Of a DNA stretch of 64,000 nt, positions 56,930 to 64,000 are shown in pieces. The stretch lies in assembly GCF_009914755.1 (NCBI RefSeq), contig NC_060926.1, one strand, 5' to 3'. Both the position numbers and the translations under genes were made by a program. Each line of letters begins with the position of its first letter. Within the stretch, counting starts at the first letter, position 1. This stretch comes from the human T2T-CHM13v2.0 reference genome, Homo sapiens. Under the pieces are notes generated by a model, which saw only the letters and a program-made list of their open reading frames with translations, made no database searches and was not told the DNA's origin.

Positions 56930-57205
56930 AGATACAGGCAGCATGTCCATGTACATGCACACAACGCAGGCAGCAGGGCTGTGTGGCTATAAGCACGTGC
57001 CTCACGTCTGTGTACCTGCAGAATGTGCAGGCAGTGTGTCTGTGTACATGTAGATGACGCAGGCAGCAGAGGTGTGTACATATAGGCACATGATGCATGT
57101 CTGTGAATATGCAGAATATGCAGGCAGCATATCCGTGTACATGTAGATGTAGATGACACAGGCAGCGCATCTGTGTGCACGTAGACACATGCAGCAGACA
57201 CAGCA
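56930..57205. repeat. Degenerate ~30-35-bp minisatellite rich in alternating purine-pyrimidine runs
   Basis: Recurring CAGGCAGC...TGTGTACATGTAGA units. Confidence 0.8.
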
Positions 57206-59089
57206 CGCTCTGCCTAGCTCCCCAACATCACTCTCCCTGTTCCCAGGCGCCTATCCCTTGGCTTCTGTGGGTGTTTCCTCCACCACAGCACCTGCTGCTC
57301 CTCAGAGAACTGCCCTTGAACTATTGAAGCCAAAGGGCCTAGGGGTTTACACCCTCAGCCACCTGTGGGTGAAGCATCCCAGCTCCCCTGCCTCATGGGG
57401 ACAAGCTCTGCCACTGAGGGTGTGGGTGATAGGGTAGCTTGTGCCTCAGTGCTGTCCATAGGGTCTGGCTGAGTGGGGCCTGTGCTGGAAATCGCAGCCT
57501 GGCTTGGCTTCTCTCCTCCCTGACCCCTCCCCAGCCTCCCCTGGGAGCAGTTTCTCTGTGGACACCTGTACGAGAATCCCGCCTCATGCCAGTGTCTGGG
57601 GTGCGTGACCTAAAGTGAAGCCCCCCTGTGGGGCCACAGGTCCCACATCCACGCTGCCAAGCTCCACCAGCCTCTAGCCCACATAGCGGCGACTTCCTTC
57701 CTGCCTGCGGCCCGCCCCACCTTCTGTCAGCCCTGCACAGGGGAGAGCGGGGAGGGCACCACGTGGCCTCCCCAGATGGCCCCAGGCTACCCTCATCCCC
57801 ATTTCCCTCGAGCTCTGGGTACTTCTGAGCAGATGTGTTTGAGAGGACGTTTACACGCGCGTTCCAGGCTTCATGTGCGTCTTCCACTCTGTCCACACTG
57901 GGGCTTGCTGCATGTTGGAGGGTGCTGCCGTGAAAAGCAGCACAGAACTCAGGGCCTGTCACCGCTCCAGTTTTCCCCCACATGACCCCGGCTGCACATG
58001 CCTGGACTGTCTCTCTATCCAGAGGATTGGCGTCCTGGGGCCCAACCTGGGAAGTCTCTTCTGGCTGTGGCATCTCTGACATTTTCTCATGCCTCATCCA
58101 GCCTTGTGTAAGCATTGGCATGCTGCAACATCCAGGTGGCAGGTGACACTCACACCTGGCAGAGTGCGCCCTAGGTCCAGTTCATAATAATCAGTATAAT
58201 AATCAGAGTTCCTGTAATCAGTATGGACTCACGGACCCTGGAGGGAAATGGCATTGCCGGGAGGAGGAGGACTTGACAATGAGAGGCGGCTGCTGCTCCA
58301 GGCACGCACCAACCCATTCATGGCCCTGGCGGTTTAATGTGAACGAGGTGTCCTGAGCTTTGATGTGGAGTTGGGGGTCAGGAACATCTGGGCAACCAGA
58401 GAGGACCTGAGAGAGTTAGCATTTGGGGAGGGGGAGAGGAAGGCTGAGAAGGCCTCTCGTATACTTTTTCCAAGGTCTGGCTTCAATTGGATCCTGTTCC
58501 TGTAAAAATAAAAGAAATTCATAGCAATGTAACAACAACAAAAAATCTTCCAGTGGGTCTGCGAGAAAACAGCTCGGGGGAGAAGAAACAGCAAAGCTCC
58601 CAGGAAGGAGGCAGCCGGGCAGACGCATGTGTGCCCCAGCTGCAGCTGCAGGCCGGAGAAGAGGAGGCCCGGATGTCAGGGGAGGCTGGCGCCGCTCAGG
58701 ACGGAGGACAGGGACAGGGCGAAGCTGGGCCTGCTGTGGAGTGCTGTGACCCATCTCCAGGCTCCCGGCCGGTCACTGGCTTCTGGAATCTGCCCTTCCT
58801 TTCAGGACAGGCAGTGTCCCCTAAGAGGCTCCTCCAGCCCTGATGGTTTTCCTGGGATACAGACCCACCTGCTGGGTGACTCCATCTGAGGGTCCGGGCC
58901 CTTCCTGATGCTAACACCCAGCCATCGTCTTCTCGTGAGAACCTCTCTCCATCACCGAAGGTGACCCATGTCTCCTCCACCCCTGCCCCACCCCTGCTCG
59001 TAGCCTGCAAAGCCCTCCACATGCATCCCAGGCAGCGCTGGCATTCCTGCCTGGCTCCCATCCCACTCTGCTGCCCGGGCCATTACCTC

Positions 59090-59300
59090 ATTGCCTCCTG
59101 GTGGGTCCCAGCCTCTGATGTCCCCCGTCTCCACGACACTCCTTCCAGAATCATTGTTCAAAGAAGCAGCTGGTAATCTCTGTTCTGCTGCACTACCTTT
59201 GAAGCTTCCCACTGTTAGTAGGACAAAGGCCACACTTTGAGCCTGGCCTTTAAGGCCCTGATGAGCTGGTCCTTGTCTGCATCTCAGCCTTGTGCACTGC
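59090..59300 (+). mobile_element. L2 fragment
   Basis: CCAGAATCATT...GCTTCCCACTG...AGGACAAAG...CCTGGCCTTTAAGGCCCTG. Confidence 0.65.
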
Positions 59301-61505
59301 TGGTGCAGCTGGCATCCTTCCCCTAAACAGCCAAGCAGGACACACTGGGGGCTCAGCCAGGCATCACCTGACCACTGGGAAAATAAGAGAACGGGGTGAG
59401 GACAGGGCTGGGGTGAGACCTGCTGTGAAAATTGGCTGGTTCTGAGCCCAGACATTTTGCGGGTGACCTGAAGGTCAGTCACCATGACCATAGGGGGGTC
59501 AGCAAGCACAGACTCGAGCTGAGGTGGCCCCAATCCTCAAGGGCAACTGGTGGGAAGGTTGTGGCTTCAGGCGTCAGGGGGCAGACACAGTAGAGTCCCA
59601 CCATGCCTCAAGTCTCCCCTTGACCCTGGTCTCCAGACCTCCAGGTCCTAATGCTATATCTTCTGGATGACTCTAGAATCCTCCTCTCTGTCTTCCCTGG
59701 CCCTGTCTCCCAGGTGTGCAGGAACAGGAAGCACAGATCCCCTGGGTGGGCCGTCCCTACTCCCGTGCCTTGCTTCCTGGGACTATGCTTCCTGCCCCCC
59801 TCCCTGGCACGGTGCGCCGTGGACCGGATGTGAGTGTGGCGTGTGCTGGATCCCAGAGGTTGGTGTCCGGCTCCAAGGGTGTCTTCTCCAAGCCCATCTT
59901 TCAGTCTCACCAGTGCATTCCATTCTCACCCCTCGTTTGCTGGAAAATGGATTCCTGGGTCTGCAGTAAGGGTATGCCAGATCCCATATGGGTAGCTTGA
60001 ACTCTCCCTGAGCTCTCAAAGATTGATGTTGGCTGGGGGCTGCAGGCTTCTGCAGAATAGCCAGGTGACCCACATTATGGCAGAGGGCAGGACAATTATA
60101 ACAGGGCAAGACCTTAGATGATCCTACTGTCCATCCACATGAATGCCAACTGCTTCTGATCCTCCTTTCTGAGAATGGGAACGGACACACTCGCCTGGTC
60201 AGAGCCTGCCTTCTCCCCATCTACAGCCATACCGCTCTGCTCTGGCAAAGACATCGCGTCTGGCCCAGCAGCTGCAGCTGGGGCTAGGGCTTGGTTGGGT
60301 CTGTGGGAGCCCACGCAGTCCTCGAGGGTGTGAGCTTCTGGAGGGACTAGACTGGTGGATTCAGTGGGGTCTGAAGAGGCTCACACTCCTGATCTTTTAG
60401 GTATTTGACAGTGGCAGGAATTTCTGTGTTCCCAGGATGCAGTACGATTTTTGACTTACTGTCTTGGCTGGGGAGGAGGAATGTTTCGATGGCTTCTACT
60501 CACTTTCCCTACGCTGTCACAGCTGTTATCCATGGGTGAAGAGTCGGTACAAGGTGGTGCCAATTACCAAGTATGTCCATTCCAATCGTATGTTTGAGAA
60601 GGAGGGAGGTGATTCTTGGTGACCTGAGAACCTACTGTGGTCCATAGCTGGCCAGGACCTCCTTTATGATCTGGCCCCCAGGTGCTCTCCCTTGAACAGA
60701 TGAGCATGCTCAGGTCCCCAGGCATCAATGTCAACCCAGACACAGAGTCCCACAGCCCTCTAAGTGCCTGACATTCCTCTTTCCCACATGGCTTTGAGGT
60801 CCCAGTGCTTCCATCTGGCCTCTGTTACTTCATGACTCTGTCGTCCTCATTATATCAGAGCCTCGTTCTGCAACACCACCTCCCGCCGTCAGCCCCTCTC
60901 CCCCTGAGCTTCTCAGTGAGCTGATGCCCCCTGATCGCTGCATTCCTTGTTGCTTTGGTCAATGGGATGTCCCCAGCACCTTTCTGCTGAGCATAGTCAG
61001 TGGGGACTTTCTGGCCTCGAGCATCAGGTCCCCTCTGGCATGGCCATTTCTCTGAGTGTTTTGATCCCTTCTTCCAGCCTCTGGCTCTGTGGTTCTAGAT
61101 TTCCACTGCATTTAGTATGGGTCGTTGCTTTCTCCAAGCTCCCAAGGGCCAACACAGCAGCATGTTAGCACTGTCTCCTGGGGCCTCGCCAGGATGCTAA
61201 ACCCTGGATCAAGGACAATGCTCCCAGATGAATAAACTCTCCCTTGGCCAACCCATGTTCCCCTGTCCTGGATCCAGCACCCTCGGGATCTGTCTTCCAT
61301 GTCTTCTACTGACCTTGCTCGTACCCAGGAGCTAAGTTTTGCACCTCCTTTAGGCTAGAGTCCCTTTCTTCTCGTCAGGGGTCCAGCCCATTCCTAGTAG
61401 GGTGATTTTGTGACTTATGCCCAGTCTGGTGAACTAGGAAGGAGTTAGGAGAAATATATATATTTTTAAGGCTAAAATATACCATGACTGATTGTTTCTC
61501 TGTAA

Positions 61506-61856
<351 letters not shown>

Positions 61857-62279
61857 AATCCGTCTCTTCTTTATTTCATGTTGAAAATCCTAGTTCCCAA
61901 TATCAGGCCTTTAGTTTTATCTCACAATACATATCAGGAGTCTGAAGAAGTATACCAGCACTGCCATCAACAATGCAATGACTGAACCGACTTTAAGTCT
62001 CCATGGTTCTTTTTGTCCTTTGAACATGGATATTCAAATTGTAGTCTTCATTCTCAACGGTAGCTTTCAGCATTATGAATAGTTAAGACAAAAATCCCGA
62101 AACAATGCATTGTTCCATTTGTCCCCAATTCTACTTTGTATCTTTTAGGAGTATTTAAAAGTTTCTCTCGTTTTTGATATTTTTGTTAAATTTTCCTAAA
62201 TTTTACCTTTTTTTGATTGTAATTTTCTGTATATTTATATTTTGATTGTTGTATATATGTGAATGTATTAATTGTGCCT

Positions 62280-64000
<1,721 letters not shown>

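Noticed and set aside
57393-58843. Longest ORFs (242 aa, 118 aa) in a CpG-richer stretch; possible gene or CpG island
   Set aside because: No recognisable domain, composition typical of GC-rich chance ORFs, and CpG density looks too low for an island by eye

Overview
Primate (very probably human) genomic DNA with no recognisable protein-coding exon, rRNA, tRNA or CRISPR array; it reads as intronic or intergenic sequence. An AT-rich core (~16-39 kb) of stacked, mostly minus-strand old L1 fragments is flanked by more GC-rich, repeat-poorer sequence (~6-15 kb, ~45-61 kb). Recognisable elements: about ten Alus (J, S, Y) plus a FLAM, MER1A, MER1B and MER20 hAT elements, solo LTRs (HERV-K-type LTR14-like, MER57B, MSTB, two MLT1, LTR33-like), a 5.6-kb L1MA with target-site duplication (TSD) and decayed ORF2, L2/MIR relics and several tandem repeats. 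The listed ORFs are chance, repeat-derived or L1 remnants. Most notable: a 32-bp minisatellite placing five CCAAT boxes at exact 32-bp spacing, a two-template local duplication that can be dated against an Alu, a very short twin-primed L1PA insertion, a homogeneous 51-bp VNTR, and a 276-bp pure pyrimidine tract grown from a FLAM tail. I found no convincing evidence of a new biological system. Repeat family names come from recalled consensus sequences, not a database search, and boundaries of old elements are approximate.
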